A DNA stretch of 64,000 nucleotides from an uncultured Mageeibacillus sp. (GTDB lineage Bacteria; Bacillota; Clostridia; Saccharofermentanales; DTU023), in contig CAYFTG010000006.1 in the NCBI GenBank assembly GCA_964346175.1, forward strand, positions 753 through 64,752, in the 5' to 3' direction. This document shows, piece after piece, positions 29,667 to 38,875 of this stretch; the first letter of the stretch is position 1; each line of letters starts with the position of its first letter. The notes beneath the pieces are model-generated. The model was not told the DNA's origin. It was given only the letters and a program-made list of their open reading frames with translations, and made no database searches. The position numbers and the translations under genes are program-made.

Positions 29667-30056
29667 ATGAATATTGTTTTGATGGCCGACATTTCAAGGA
29701 CTGACTTACTAGTTAATTTCTGTATTGCTTATCAGCAAATTTTGAGTCAGCATGATTTAATATCACCGCTGAACACTGCACATCTCATTAGGGGTGCGAC
29801 TACCCTCGATGTTTTGCCATATCCGACAGAAGAAACTAGTACAAAAAGTCAACTAGCTGCCAGTGCGCGCTACAACGAAATTGACGCCTTGCTTTATTTA
29901 CGTGATCCTGAAGGTCCTATAACCGAACCCTTGATTGATTTATTCCGCGCTTGCGACACGAACAGCATACCTTTTGCTACTAATTCAGCAACAGCGGAAA
30001 TCTTGGTCCTGGCCATAAGTCGCGGAGATCTTGACTGGCGCGAGCTCTTACGTTAA
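29667..30056 (+). CDS. methylglyoxal synthase-like protein lacking catalytic residues (pseudo-enzyme)
   Basis: 129 aa, clearly colinear with MgsA (MNIVLMAD..., YLRDP..., IPFATNSATAEILV). The AHD, ATGTTG, GP.GGDQQ and PH.PD motifs are replaced by ADI, SPLNTA, YPTEETSTKSQ and ITEPL. Confidence 0.7.
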   Translation: MNIVLMADISRTDLLVNFCIAYQQILSQHDLISPLNTAHLIRGATTLDVLPYPTEETSTKSQLAASARYNEIDALLYLRDPEGPITEPLIDLFRACDTNSIPFATNSATAEILVLAISRGDLDWRELLR

Positions 30057-30066
30057 GAGGCGTCGT

Positions 30067-30753
30067 ATGTCCAGATACCAAATACTGCCTGAGCTGAAAC
30101 GCATTCCGGAAGCGTTTCGCCACGCTAATGCCTACCTTCTACAAACTGAGAAAGGCAGTGTTCTTTTTGATCCTGCAGTTCCACCGGAAAAAGTTCCCGA
30201 AGCAGATGACGTCACGCTCCTTATCGCTACCCACGGACACTATGATCACGTGGCAGCAGTAAGTGCCTGGAAGGAAAGAAATTCTATTCCTTTCTGGGCT
30301 GCTGAGCAGGAAAAGGAACTTCTCTCAGACCCCATGGCTAACGCATCTTTCATGTTCGGGCAGCCTACGAGTTATCCGGAAGCGGATCGCTATCTGCAAG
30401 ATGGTGAGATTATTGTTCTCGATTCCGAACTGAAATTGAAATGTTTCAATACTCCAGGCCACACTCAGGGATCGATGTGTTTTCAGATTCTGCGTCAGCG
30501 TAACGAAGAAGAGGAAGCAGAGGTCTTGGCTCTGATTACGGGCGACACATTGTTTGACGATTCCTTCGGCCGTACCGATCTGGCCAGCGGTGATTCGGCT
30601 CGAATGTATTCGTCGTTGCAATTTTTGCGCAGTCTCTTGAAGGAGCTGCCAGCAAACGTACCTGTTTGCTCCGGACACGGTGCGACTGTGACAGCGGGTG
30701 AACTTCTTAATTCTTCTGTGTGGATTTTTGCAGAATCTCTCGTCGGACAGTGA
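30067..30753 (+). CDS. MBL-fold metallo-hydrolase (glyoxalase II-like)
   Basis: ATHGHYDH (HxHxDH), NTPGHTQGS and TGDTLF. The start is at the ATG at 30067, 6 nt after AAGAGG. Confidence 0.75.
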   Translation: MSRYQILPELKRIPEAFRHANAYLLQTEKGSVLFDPAVPPEKVPEADDVTLLIATHGHYDHVAAVSAWKERNSIPFWAAEQEKELLSDPMANASFMFGQPTSYPEADRYLQDGEIIVLDSELKLKCFNTPGHTQGSMCFQILRQRNEEEEAEVLALITGDTLFDDSFGRTDLASGDSARMYSSLQFLRSLLKELPANVPVCSGHGATVTAGELLNSSVWIFAESLVGQ

Positions 30754-30821
30754 GCAATAGAGCCTGATATTCGGCTAGAAATTTTTAAAAAAAATAAAGC
30801 GACAATTTGTTATCTATTGAA

Positions 30822-30851
30822 GCCCTGCGCCTTCTAATTGCAGGGTTTTTT
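30822..30851 (+). terminator. rho-independent terminator after the MBL hydrolase gene
   Basis: CCCTGC/GCAGGG stem flanked by AA/TT, followed by TTTTTTT. Confidence 0.65.
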
Positions 30852-30895
30852 TCTGCCCAAAAAGCAAAAATGTTATATAAAAGGAGGTGCCTACA

Positions 30896-31174
30896 ATGGC
30901 TTTTACTTTGGAATCGGCTGTAGCGGCGTCAACAGCTTTTTACATTCTTGTACACTCTCTAGGGCTGTCCCTGCCAGTAGCGACAGAGCTACAATCCGGG
31001 GCAGACTTGCTAGGAAGAAGCAATGCAGCAGTTCAAGAGGAGGAGAGTTTTTATAGCGAAGGTTATTACCACTATGGAGAGCACGATCTTCCACAAAGCG
31101 AAGGTTCTCCGCAGCGTATGGTTGAATTGCTTTCTCTTACTCACGACATAACACGTTTCTTCCGTAACGATTGA
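30896..31174 (+). CDS. small TadE-like (pseudopilin-type N-terminus) protein
   Basis: AAGGAGG lies 8 nt upstream of the ATG at 30896. The N-terminus MAFTLESAVAASTAFYILV has the xxxxE-plus-hydrophobic-helix pattern of TadE/Flp-type proteins but no leader peptide. Confidence 0.45.
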   Translation: MAFTLESAVAASTAFYILVHSLGLSLPVATELQSGADLLGRSNAAVQEEESFYSEGYYHYGEHDLPQSEGSPQRMVELLSLTHDITRFFRND

Positions 31175-31181
31175 CGAGGGG

Positions 31182-32600
31182 GTGAAGTTTGTGCTCACAG
31201 GAGCTAGACGCGACAGATTCCGTCAAGCCGGCAGTCTCACGTTAGCTTGTTGCCTGATGCTGCCTGCTATCATGCTGTTGATGATGGCGCTTTTAGTAGG
31301 TAGCAGCCGAACGCGTGAAGATCTGGATGCGGTACGCGCCGCCAGACAGAGTGCAGATTCGGCTCTCGCTTCTTATGATCGGGAGCTCTATCGAGATTTT
31401 GGGCTTTTTGCACTCAGTGAAAGGGATTTGCAGCGGGCAGCATCAGATTTTTTATTGCCGGATACTTATGAGCAAAGATTTGAATTGCGTAATAGCCTTT
31501 TTCTTAATGAGCACTTGATGGACGCTATTGCACGTCATATGAGTGTGCGCGCCACCGCAGGTTTGATTGATGAGGGCATTCAACGGATCAAATCAATACA
31601 GGGTATTGTGCCTGATAATATGCTCGACTCTCTGGCTCCTTTGAAAAATATTGATCCCGGCACAGCGGATCCACAGCTTGAAGAAGATGAAAGTAACGTA
31701 GAGTGGTTTTCAGACTACTCCGATTACTTGGGTGAGGAGTATTTAGACGATTACCACGACTCTCTTCTGGATTTGTCACCTGTATATATTCCCGCTTCAG
31801 ATGGCGGAGTGCAGCTGGAGTTTGATCCCTACAAAGTTTCCGATCTGGAGAAGCTGGCGCAGGGCTTGGATAGTCTGATGTTTACCTTGCCGGAGGGGTT
31901 CACTGATCAGTTCTTACTAGTGGAATACAGTCTCTCCTACTTTGGTTCACAGGTAAATTCCTTAGAGCAGAATGGAAGTACTATCCATTATCGTACACCT
32001 GACGGCCGTTTGCAGAGTGAGTTTTCGGAATCAAGGCAGTACGAACAGGAGATGATTGCTACCGGAGCCGAGGGCGAGGAAGCTGCCGAAAACGTCCGCT
32101 ATTTCCTTGTCGGATGCCGCTTGTTGATCCACCTTTTGGCTAATCTCTTGTCCACAAGTGAACGTGCAAAATATGATGCCAGTGCGGCGGCGATTTCTGC
32201 AGTTGTTGCAGCAATATCGCTGGGCACAGTGGCGATTCCACCAGAGGCGATAGCTGTAATTTTGCTGATTGTGGATTCAGTGCGCGGTGGAATCAAGGAT
32301 AAGAACAGTTTATTAGCAGGGGAGGAGATTAAACTCTGGCCTGTGGCGGGAGCAGAAGCATTCAAAGTTAATTACCGAGATCACCTGCGCCTCTTAATGT
32401 TGGTACAGTCACGCGAAGAATTGTTGGACAGGATCGGCTCTGCAATTAGGCAGAATCAGGGTAATGATTATTTTACTCAAGTAAGTTGTGAGGTGACTAG
32501 AGCTGCCAGCGGCGGTAGTTTCCCACGGCAGGCTTTTGCCGTAACGATTGAACGTAGCTATTTTACACGTCACGATGATGAAGAGGACTATTCAGGATAA
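31182..32600 (+). CDS. DUF5702-like TadG/TadE-related protein
   Basis: 472 aa. GSLTLACCLMLPAIMLLMMALLVG followed by ARQSADSALASYDRELYRDFGLFAL resembles the clostridial DUF5702 proteins found in tad pilus loci. A second hydrophobic region lies near aa 330-360. The start could instead be the GTG at 31191. Confidence 0.5.
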   Translation: MKFVLTGARRDRFRQAGSLTLACCLMLPAIMLLMMALLVGSSRTREDLDAVRAARQSADSALASYDRELYRDFGLFALSERDLQRAASDFLLPDTYEQRFELRNSLFLNEHLMDAIARHMSVRATAGLIDEGIQRIKSIQGIVPDNMLDSLAPLKNIDPGTADPQLEEDESNVEWFSDYSDYLGEEYLDDYHDSLLDLSPVYIPASDGGVQLEFDPYKVSDLEKLAQGLDSLMFTLPEGFTDQFLLVEYSLSYFGSQVNSLEQNGSTIHYRTPDGRLQSEFSESRQYEQEMIATGAEGEEAAENVRYFLVGCRLLIHLLANLLSTSERAKYDASAAAISAVVAAISLGTVAIPPEAIAVILLIVDSVRGGIKDKNSLLAGEEIKLWPVAGAEAFKVNYRDHLRLLMLVQSREELLDRIGSAIRQNQGNDYFTQVSCEVTRAASGGSFPRQAFAVTIERSYFTRHDDEEDYSG

Positions 32601-32602
32601 AA

Positions 32603-33604
32603 ATGAAAGCGGGAAGCGATAAACGAAAAAACAAAATTTTCGTCAGAGGCTCTATGGCGTTGGAGATGGCACTGACATTGCCTTTGATTTTAATCTTGGT
32701 CTTTGTTTTTTACGGACATGTGAAAGAAATCGACCAATCTCTTTCAGCGCGTCATGCTTTGGATCAAGTTGCCAATGAAATTGAATTGCTTTATCCTTTG
32801 TCGGATCTCATTGCCTTCGAAACTGATCTTAATGAAACATCAATCGCTAAATTTTTAGACGAGCTCGGTCTTAAAGATTATGTACTTGACCTTAGCGTAG
32901 ACGTTGTTGCTAGCCTCTTGTCAGGACCTGTTCTTAATCAACGTTACGATTATTGGTTGCAGCGGACATGTGCCGCTCGCGGGCAAACTGTACCTCAGGG
33001 TGAGCGTCGCTTCTTCGTGGACTACGTTTCCGAAAAGAATTTAATTTATCTCGGTCTCTCTTTTCAAAGAACATCATTGCTGGCAGAAGGTGAGGAGTAT
33101 ATCAAAACCTCGATTCCTCTTTGGTCGCGGGGGAAATATAATTTCGCAAATAATGATCCGGAAAGGGGCGAGGAAGAAAGTGATGATATTTGGAGCATGT
33201 CTAATTTCCAGCGGGGGCTTGAATTCAGGCAGATGTACGGAGCAAATCTGCCTGCCACCTATCCTTGCATTGCACGCTGGCAGGCGGGAACGGCCGTTTC
33301 AATTAAGAGCATGGATCTTACAGCACCTTCTTGGCAGACACAAAACGCAACACAAAAGCGCGTCTATTCCTACATTGATGAGCTGGCCGCTTTTGAAGGC
33401 GGGCTCCCGGATGTAGGCCCGCAAATCGGGGAGATTCGTCGACGGCAGCTTAGTTTGATCATTCCACATAATCACGCTGGCTGGTTCGATACAAGTGTAA
33501 TCAATGAGTGGAAGAGCTATGCAGGCACTTTGGGTGTAGAATTAGAAATAAGCCGTTATGGAAATAGCAGTCGCTATGACACGGGAGATGCGCCTGAGCT
33601 TTAA
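32603..33604 (+). CDS. TadE-like N-terminal domain protein with a C-terminal nuclease-fold toxin-like domain
   Basis: 333 aa. RGSMALEMALTLPLILILVFVFYG matches the G/xxxxE prepilin-peptidase-type TadE motif. The C-terminal roughly 125 aa (LEFRQ...YPCIARWQAGTAVSIKSMD...YIDELAAFEG...LSLIIP...GVELEI) resembles REase-fold polymorphic-toxin C-terminal domains. Confidence 0.5.
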   Translation: MKAGSDKRKNKIFVRGSMALEMALTLPLILILVFVFYGHVKEIDQSLSARHALDQVANEIELLYPLSDLIAFETDLNETSIAKFLDELGLKDYVLDLSVDVVASLLSGPVLNQRYDYWLQRTCAARGQTVPQGERRFFVDYVSEKNLIYLGLSFQRTSLLAEGEEYIKTSIPLWSRGKYNFANNDPERGEEESDDIWSMSNFQRGLEFRQMYGANLPATYPCIARWQAGTAVSIKSMDLTAPSWQTQNATQKRVYSYIDELAAFEGGLPDVGPQIGEIRRRQLSLIIPHNHAGWFDTSVINEWKSYAGTLGVELEISRYGNSSRYDTGDAPEL

Positions 33605-33688
33605 TTTAGCCCTACTTTACGATACGATATAGGTTGATATTTCTATATATGTGTTAATTTTGTTTGCATTTAAATATAAGGAGTTTTA

Positions 33689-36544
33689 ATGTCTCTATTT
33701 GAAAAAATATTTGGTACTTATTCGGAGCGCGAACTCAAGAAGAATAGAAACCTAGTTGAGCAGGTACTCCAGCTTGATCAGGAATACCAAGGCTTGAGTG
33801 AAGCGGCATTGAAAGCGAAAACTGATCTGTTCAAAGCCCGACTCTCTGACGGAGAGAGCTTGGAAGATATTTTGCCTGAAGCCTTCGCTACAGTGCGTGA
33901 AGCAGCTTGGCGCGTCTTGGGTATGAAACATTTCCCTGTCCAGGTCGAAGGTGGCATCATTTTGCATCAGGGGCGTATTGCTGAGATGAAAACAGGTGAG
34001 GGTAAAACTTTGGTTGCAACCTTGCCTGTATACCTGAACGCCCTGACAGGCAAAGGCGTTCACATCGTTACGGTAAACGATTATCTGGCAAGACGCGATA
34101 GCGAGTGGATGGGGAAGGTCTACCGTTACCTCGGACTCGAGGTTGGCCTGATCGTCCATGGCGTAGATAAGGCGGAACGCAAGAGATCGTACGCTGCCGA
34201 TGTCACGTATGGAACCAATAATGAGTTCGGCTTTGATTATCTGCGCGACAACATGGTTATGTCCTTGGACCGCTGTGTGCAGCGAGAACTCAACTTTGCG
34301 ATCGTTGACGAAGTGGACAGCATACTTGTTGACGAGGCGCGTACACCTTTGATCATCTCCGGACATGGCGAAGAATCCTCAGAACTCTATGCTCAAGCAG
34401 ATCGCTTTGTGCGTGGCTTGCGGAAGAAAGTCTTCGTGCAGAAAGACACTGTACGTACTGCCGAAGAGATGGAAGCTATTGAAGCCGATGCCGATTATAT
34501 TGTTGACGAAAAAGCTAAATCTGCTGTCTTGACTAAGCATGGTGTCGATAAGGCTGAAAAGTTTTTCGCAATCGAGAATCTCTCGGACCAAGAAAACTAT
34601 GAGATCAACCACCACCTGAACAATGCCTTAAAGGCACACGGCAACATGCATCTGGATCAAGATTATGTGGTGAAAGACGGCGAAGTAATCATAGTCGATG
34701 ATTTTACGGGCCGTCTCATGTTTGGCCGGCGTTACAGTAATGGTCTGCATCAGGCAATCGAAGCCAAAGAAAATGTTGAAATTAACGCTGAAAACAAGAC
34801 TCTGGCAACAATTACCTTCCAGAATTACTTCCGCATGTATCAGAAACTTTCGGGTATGACGGGTACGGCTTTGACTGAAGAAGATGAGTTCAGACAGATT
34901 TACAATCTCGATGTCATTAGCATTCCCACCAATAAACCCATGATTCGTGACGACAAAGCAGATAGCGTTTTCAAAACAGAGAATGGAAAATATCAGGCTT
35001 TACTGGAAGAAGTTAGACAGGTACACAGTACCGGTCAACCCATATTGATAGGTACGGTTTCGGTCGAAAAGTCCGAACTGATCTCCCTGTTGTTTAAGAG
35101 AGCGGGTATTAAACATAATGTCCTCAACGCCAAGAATCACGAAAGAGAAGCTGAGATTGTAGCTCAAGCCGGGCGGTTGAATGCTGTTACCATCGCAACC
35201 AATATGGCCGGTAGAGGTACGGATATCATGCTGGGTGGTAACCCCGAGTTTATGGCGCGTGAGCAAATGCGCAAACTGGGTTACGAGGAAGAGATGGTCG
35301 AGCAGGCGACTGCACATAACGTAACAGACGATGAAGATGTCTTAGCTGCTCGAAAAAAATTCTCTGAATTGGAAACTAAATATGAACAAGAGAATATAGA
35401 AGAAAAACGTGCTGTAATTGCAGCCGGCGGCTTATATATTCTCGGTACAGAGAGACATGAGTCCCGCCGCATTGACAACCAGTTGCGGGGACGTGCCGGA
35501 AGACAAGGAGACCCCGGCGTCAGTCAATTCTATCTTTCGCTTGAAGACGACCTGATGCGCCTTTTTGGCGGCGACAGACTGGACCGCATTTTCAGTACAC
35601 TAGGAGTGGAGGAGGATGTTGAAATCAGTCATCCGATGCTCTCTAACGTAATTGAGACAGCACAGAAACGTGTTGAGGCGAGGAACTTCAGCATACGTAA
35701 AAACGTCCTCGAATACGACGATGTTATGAACCAGCAGCGTAATCTCATTTACGAACAAAGACGCGAAGTACTCGAAGGCCGCGATTTACATAATTACTAT
35801 CAACGCATAATTTGTAGCGTGATGGAGAACACCTTAGATAGCTTTATTGCGACTAAAGAAGAAAGCGGCGAGTGGGATTACGTTGGTATTAGAACCCGGA
35901 TCAGCGATGTTTTCGGGGATTTGCCTTTGTTGGCTGAACTAGACAAGAAACTGCCGCAGTTAGACACCGAAGAGCTGGCAGAGATTCTATCAGATCAGGC
36001 ACTAGATCGCTTAGAGTCAAGAGCTGCTGAACTGGGTTCAGATGATCTCTTGCGAGAAGCAGAGCGCGTGGTGCTTTTACAGACAGTCGATCGCCATTGG
36101 ATGGAGCATATAGATGCTATGGATGATCTGCGGGACAGCATCGGCATGCGTTCGTATGCCCAGCATGATCCCGTTGTAGAATACAAGCGCGAAGGCTTTG
36201 ACATGTTTGAAGATATGACAGCCGGCATTCAGGAAGACTCCGTGCGCCTGATCATGCGCGCCCGCCTCGTGGCAACACCACTAGAGCGCAAGGGTCCACA
36301 GATTACCGGAGAGGGCAGAGGATCTGCCGGATTCTCCGGACAGGCCGTCGCCGCCGGTGCAGAGCCGGCTCCTCCGGTCTCACGCAGTGTCAGACGCAGA
36401 CGCGGAGATTTAGATCCTGTTGCGGGCGGCAGCCAGCAGCAAAAACCGGTAACACGCACAGTTCGACCGGGACGAAATGATCCCTGTTGGTGTGGTAGCG
36501 GTAAGAAATATAAAAATTGCCATTTGGCTCAAGATGAGGAATAA
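33689..36544 (+). CDS. secA: preprotein translocase ATPase SecA
   Basis: 951 aa. MKTGEGKTLVATLP (Walker A), DEVDSILVDEARTPLIISG (DEAD-like), TNMAGRGTDI and a C-terminal zinc finger CWCGSGKKYKNCH. Confidence 0.95.
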   Translation: MSLFEKIFGTYSERELKKNRNLVEQVLQLDQEYQGLSEAALKAKTDLFKARLSDGESLEDILPEAFATVREAAWRVLGMKHFPVQVEGGIILHQGRIAEMKTGEGKTLVATLPVYLNALTGKGVHIVTVNDYLARRDSEWMGKVYRYLGLEVGLIVHGVDKAERKRSYAADVTYGTNNEFGFDYLRDNMVMSLDRCVQRELNFAIVDEVDSILVDEARTPLIISGHGEESSELYAQADRFVRGLRKKVFVQKDTVRTAEEMEAIEADADYIVDEKAKSAVLTKHGVDKAEKFFAIENLSDQENYEINHHLNNALKAHGNMHLDQDYVVKDGEVIIVDDFTGRLMFGRRYSNGLHQAIEAKENVEINAENKTLATITFQNYFRMYQKLSGMTGTALTEEDEFRQIYNLDVISIPTNKPMIRDDKADSVFKTENGKYQALLEEVRQVHSTGQPILIGTVSVEKSELISLLFKRAGIKHNVLNAKNHEREAEIVAQAGRLNAVTIATNMAGRGTDIMLGGNPEFMAREQMRKLGYEEEMVEQATAHNVTDDEDVLAARKKFSELETKYEQENIEEKRAVIAAGGLYILGTERHESRRIDNQLRGRAGRQGDPGVSQFYLSLEDDLMRLFGGDRLDRIFSTLGVEEDVEISHPMLSNVIETAQKRVEARNFSIRKNVLEYDDVMNQQRNLIYEQRREVLEGRDLHNYYQRIICSVMENTLDSFIATKEESGEWDYVGIRTRISDVFGDLPLLAELDKKLPQLDTEELAEILSDQALDRLESRAAELGSDDLLREAERVVLLQTVDRHWMEHIDAMDDLRDSIGMRSYAQHDPVVEYKREGFDMFEDMTAGIQEDSVRLIMRARLVATPLERKGPQITGEGRGSAGFSGQAVAAGAEPAPPVSRSVRRRRGDLDPVAGGSQQQKPVTRTVRPGRNDPCWCGSGKKYKNCHLAQDEE

Positions 36545-36560
36545 AGTGTAGGAGGTTAGA

Positions 36561-38543
36561 ATGTTCATCGAACAAAAGATGCAGGAAAGAGCGATTGAAG
36601 CGGTAAGAGCTTTGTCGGTAGCAGGAGTGGAACAGGCGAAGTCAGGGCATCCGGGACTGCCATTAGGAGTTGCCCCGATGGCTGTCGAGCTGTGGTCAAA
36701 TCACATGAAACACAACCCTGCCAATCCGGACTGGTTTAACCGGGATCGTTTTGTTTTATCTGCGGGGCACGGCTCAATGCTGATTTACTCTTTGCTCCAC
36801 CTCTTTGGATATGGATTGGAGACGGAAGATTTAAAAGCCTTCCGCCAATGGGACAGTAAAACCCCGGGACACCCCGAGTACGGGCATACAATCGGTGTCG
36901 AAGCAACCACCGGTCCTCTAGGGCAGGGTTTTGCTATGGCCGTAGGTATGGCTATGGCGGAAAGACACCTAGCCGCTCGCTTCAACACTGAAGAGCATGC
37001 GATTATCGATCATCATACTTACGTCATCGCCAGCGATGGCGACCTGATGGAAGGCGTCTCTTCAGAAGCAGCGTCCTTAGCCGGTACGTTAAAATTGGGC
37101 AAGTTGATCGTTATGTATGACGATAACAACATAACAATTGAAGGTTCCACGGATCTGGCTTTTACCGAGGATGTCGGCAAGCGCTTTGAAGCCTATGGTT
37201 GGCATGTACTTGAAGTAAGCGACGGCAACGATTGCAGTGCTATAAGCCGTGCTTTGGATGAGGCAAAGGCACGTGATGATCGCCCTTCATTGATAAAAGT
37301 AAAAACCATCATTGGCTACGGTTCGCCGAAAGCCGATACCGCCGGTGTGCACGGAGCTCCGCTTGGCACTGATGGTGCGAAGGAAACTTACGAATTCCTC
37401 GACTGGGATGAATCTGACCCCTTTACCGTGCCTTCAGATTTGCTTGATTGGTTCAGCGACAAGAAATCGAAATTGGCCGAGTACGAAGATGAATGGCTTG
37501 AAACCTATAAAGTTTGGCAGCAAGATCAGCCCGAGCTGGCTCAGAAACTAGCCAGTGATGTCGAGCGTGATTACCCGGAACTCGACGTTGATGAACTGTC
37601 TGACGCAGTCGAGAAGGATATTGCTACTCGTTCAGCCTCAGGACTCATTCTCAACGCTATTTACGACAAAGGTGTGCCTCTATTTGGCGGTAGCGCCGAC
37701 CTGGCACCCTCTACGATGACCTTGCTTGATGAGCAAGGGTCGTTCAGCTCAGTGACGCCTGAAGCGGCCAATGTTCGTTTTGGTGTACGCGAGTTCGCCA
37801 TGGCTGCAGTTTGTAACGGAATGGCCTTGCATGGCGGAGTTCTAGCATACAGCGCTACCTTCTTGATCTTTTCCGACTATATGAGAGGAGCCATACGCCT
37901 GAGCGCTCTGATGGGAGTGCCGCAGGTTTTTGTCTTCACACATGACAGTATCGGTCTCGGCGAAGACGGTCCGACGCATCAACCGATTGAACATCTGACT
38001 ATGCTGCGAGCAACACCGGGACTCAATGTCATGCGACCGGCCGGGCGTTTCGAAACGGCCGCCGCATGGAAATATGCCGTCGAAAGCGATAAGCCAAGTG
38101 CTTTGATCTTGACGCGTCAGTCAGTACCTTCTGCAGAAACCAGTGCAAAACGTGCCCTCCGTGGCGCATATGTCGCACGCGATGCCAAAGACTTCGAGGC
38201 GATTATCATGGCTTCGGGTTCAGAACTCGAAGTGGCTTTAGCCGCAGCCGATCTTCTGGAAGAAAAAGGCCATCGCGTACGGGTCGTCTCCATGATGTCT
38301 TTCGAACTGTTTGAAGAGCAGGATGCAGCTTATCGCGAGAGAGTGCTTCCTGCTGCTATGCGTAAACGTCTGGCGGTAGAAGCCGCAGCCGACTTGTCTT
38401 GGTATAAATATGTCGGACTGGACGGCAAAATCATCAGCATGGAAAGCTATGGCGCTTCCGCTCCGGCATCTGTACTCTTTGAAAAGTTCGGCTTTACTGC
38501 AGAGAACGTTGCCAAACATTGTCTGGATTTGATTGAAGGATAA
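36561..38543 (+). CDS. tkt: transketolase
   Basis: 660 aa. SGHPG, the thiamine-diphosphate motif GDGDLMEG-like ([13 protein letters not shown]) and [10 protein letters not shown]. Confidence 0.93.
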   Translation: MFIEQKMQERAIEAVRALSVAGVEQAKSGHPGLPLGVAPMAVELWSNHMKHNPANPDWFNRDRFVLSAGHGSMLIYSLLHLFGYGLETEDLKAFRQWDSKTPGHPEYGHTIGVEATTGPLGQGFAMAVGMAMAERHLAARFNTEEHAIIDHHTYVIASDGDLMEGVSSEAASLAGTLKLGKLIVMYDDNNITIEGSTDLAFTEDVGKRFEAYGWHVLEVSDGNDCSAISRALDEAKARDDRPSLIKVKTIIGYGSPKADTAGVHGAPLGTDGAKETYEFLDWDESDPFTVPSDLLDWFSDKKSKLAEYEDEWLETYKVWQQDQPELAQKLASDVERDYPELDVDELSDAVEKDIATRSASGLILNAIYDKGVPLFGGSADLAPSTMTLLDEQGSFSSVTPEAANVRFGVREFAMAAVCNGMALHGGVLAYSATFLIFSDYMRGAIRLSALMGVPQVFVFTHDSIGLGEDGPTHQPIEHLTMLRATPGLNVMRPAGRFETAAAWKYAVESDKPSALILTRQSVPSAETSAKRALRGAYVARDAKDFEAIIMASGSELEVALAAADLLEEKGHRVRVVSMMSFELFEEQDAAYRERVLPAAMRKRLAVEAAADLSWYKYVGLDGKIISMESYGASAPASVLFEKFGFTAENVAKHCLDLIEG

Positions 38544-38573
38544 ATTCTTACAAGTTAAAGAAGATTCTCATCA

Positions 38574-38606
38574 ACGGGGCATTTTTGCAAAATGTCCCGT
38601 TTTTTC
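38574..38606 (+). terminator. rho-independent terminator after tkt
   Basis: 12-bp stem ACGGGGCATTTT/AAAATGTCCCGT (one G-U pair), 3-nt loop, then TTTTTT. Confidence 0.75.
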
Positions 38607-38631
38607 TAGGGGGAAACAGTAAACATATTTT

Positions 38632-38667
38632 GAAGAAAAAACGCCGCAAATATAAAATTTGCAGCGT
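38632..38667 (-). terminator. rho-independent terminator after tRNA-Thr
   Basis: On the minus strand: ACGCTGCAAAT/ATTTGCGGCGT stem followed by TTTTTTCTT. Confidence 0.7.
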
Positions 38668-38672
38668 TTCTC

Positions 38673-38747
38673 TGGAGCCGAAGGTGGGGATTGAACCCAC
38701 GACCTATTCATTACGAGTGAATTGCTCTACCACTGAGCCACTTCGGC
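38673..38747 (-). tRNA. tRNA-Thr (anticodon CGT), CCA encoded
   Basis: The reverse complement folds as a cloverleaf: acceptor GCCGAAG/CTTCGGC, anticodon stem ATTCA/TGAAT with loop CTCGTAA, T-arm GTGGG-TTCAATC-CCCAC. 75 nt. Confidence 0.9.
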
Positions 38748-38757
38748 AAGCTATATT

Positions 38758-38786
38758 ATCTTAGCTGCGCAGTTTTGCCTTGTCAA
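38758..38786 (-). promoter_or_regulatory. promoter for tRNA-Thr (-35 TTGACA, 17 nt, -10 TAAGAT)
   Basis: Minus-strand TTGACA (38786-38781) and TAAGAT (38763-38758), about 10 nt upstream of the tRNA 5' end. Confidence 0.5.
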
Positions 38787-38788
38787 GA

Positions 38789-38823
38789 CAAAAAAGAATA
38801 ACCCCGCCTGCTACCGACGGGGT
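38789..38823 (-). terminator. rho-independent terminator after the ferritin gene
   Basis: Minus-strand ACCCCG/CGGGGT stem followed by TATTCTTTTTT. It abuts the tRNA-Thr promoter. Confidence 0.5.
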
Positions 38824-38875
38824 CATTCTCACGAGATCGGTGCTGGCAATCTCGTTTTACGAGGAGACGTATAAA

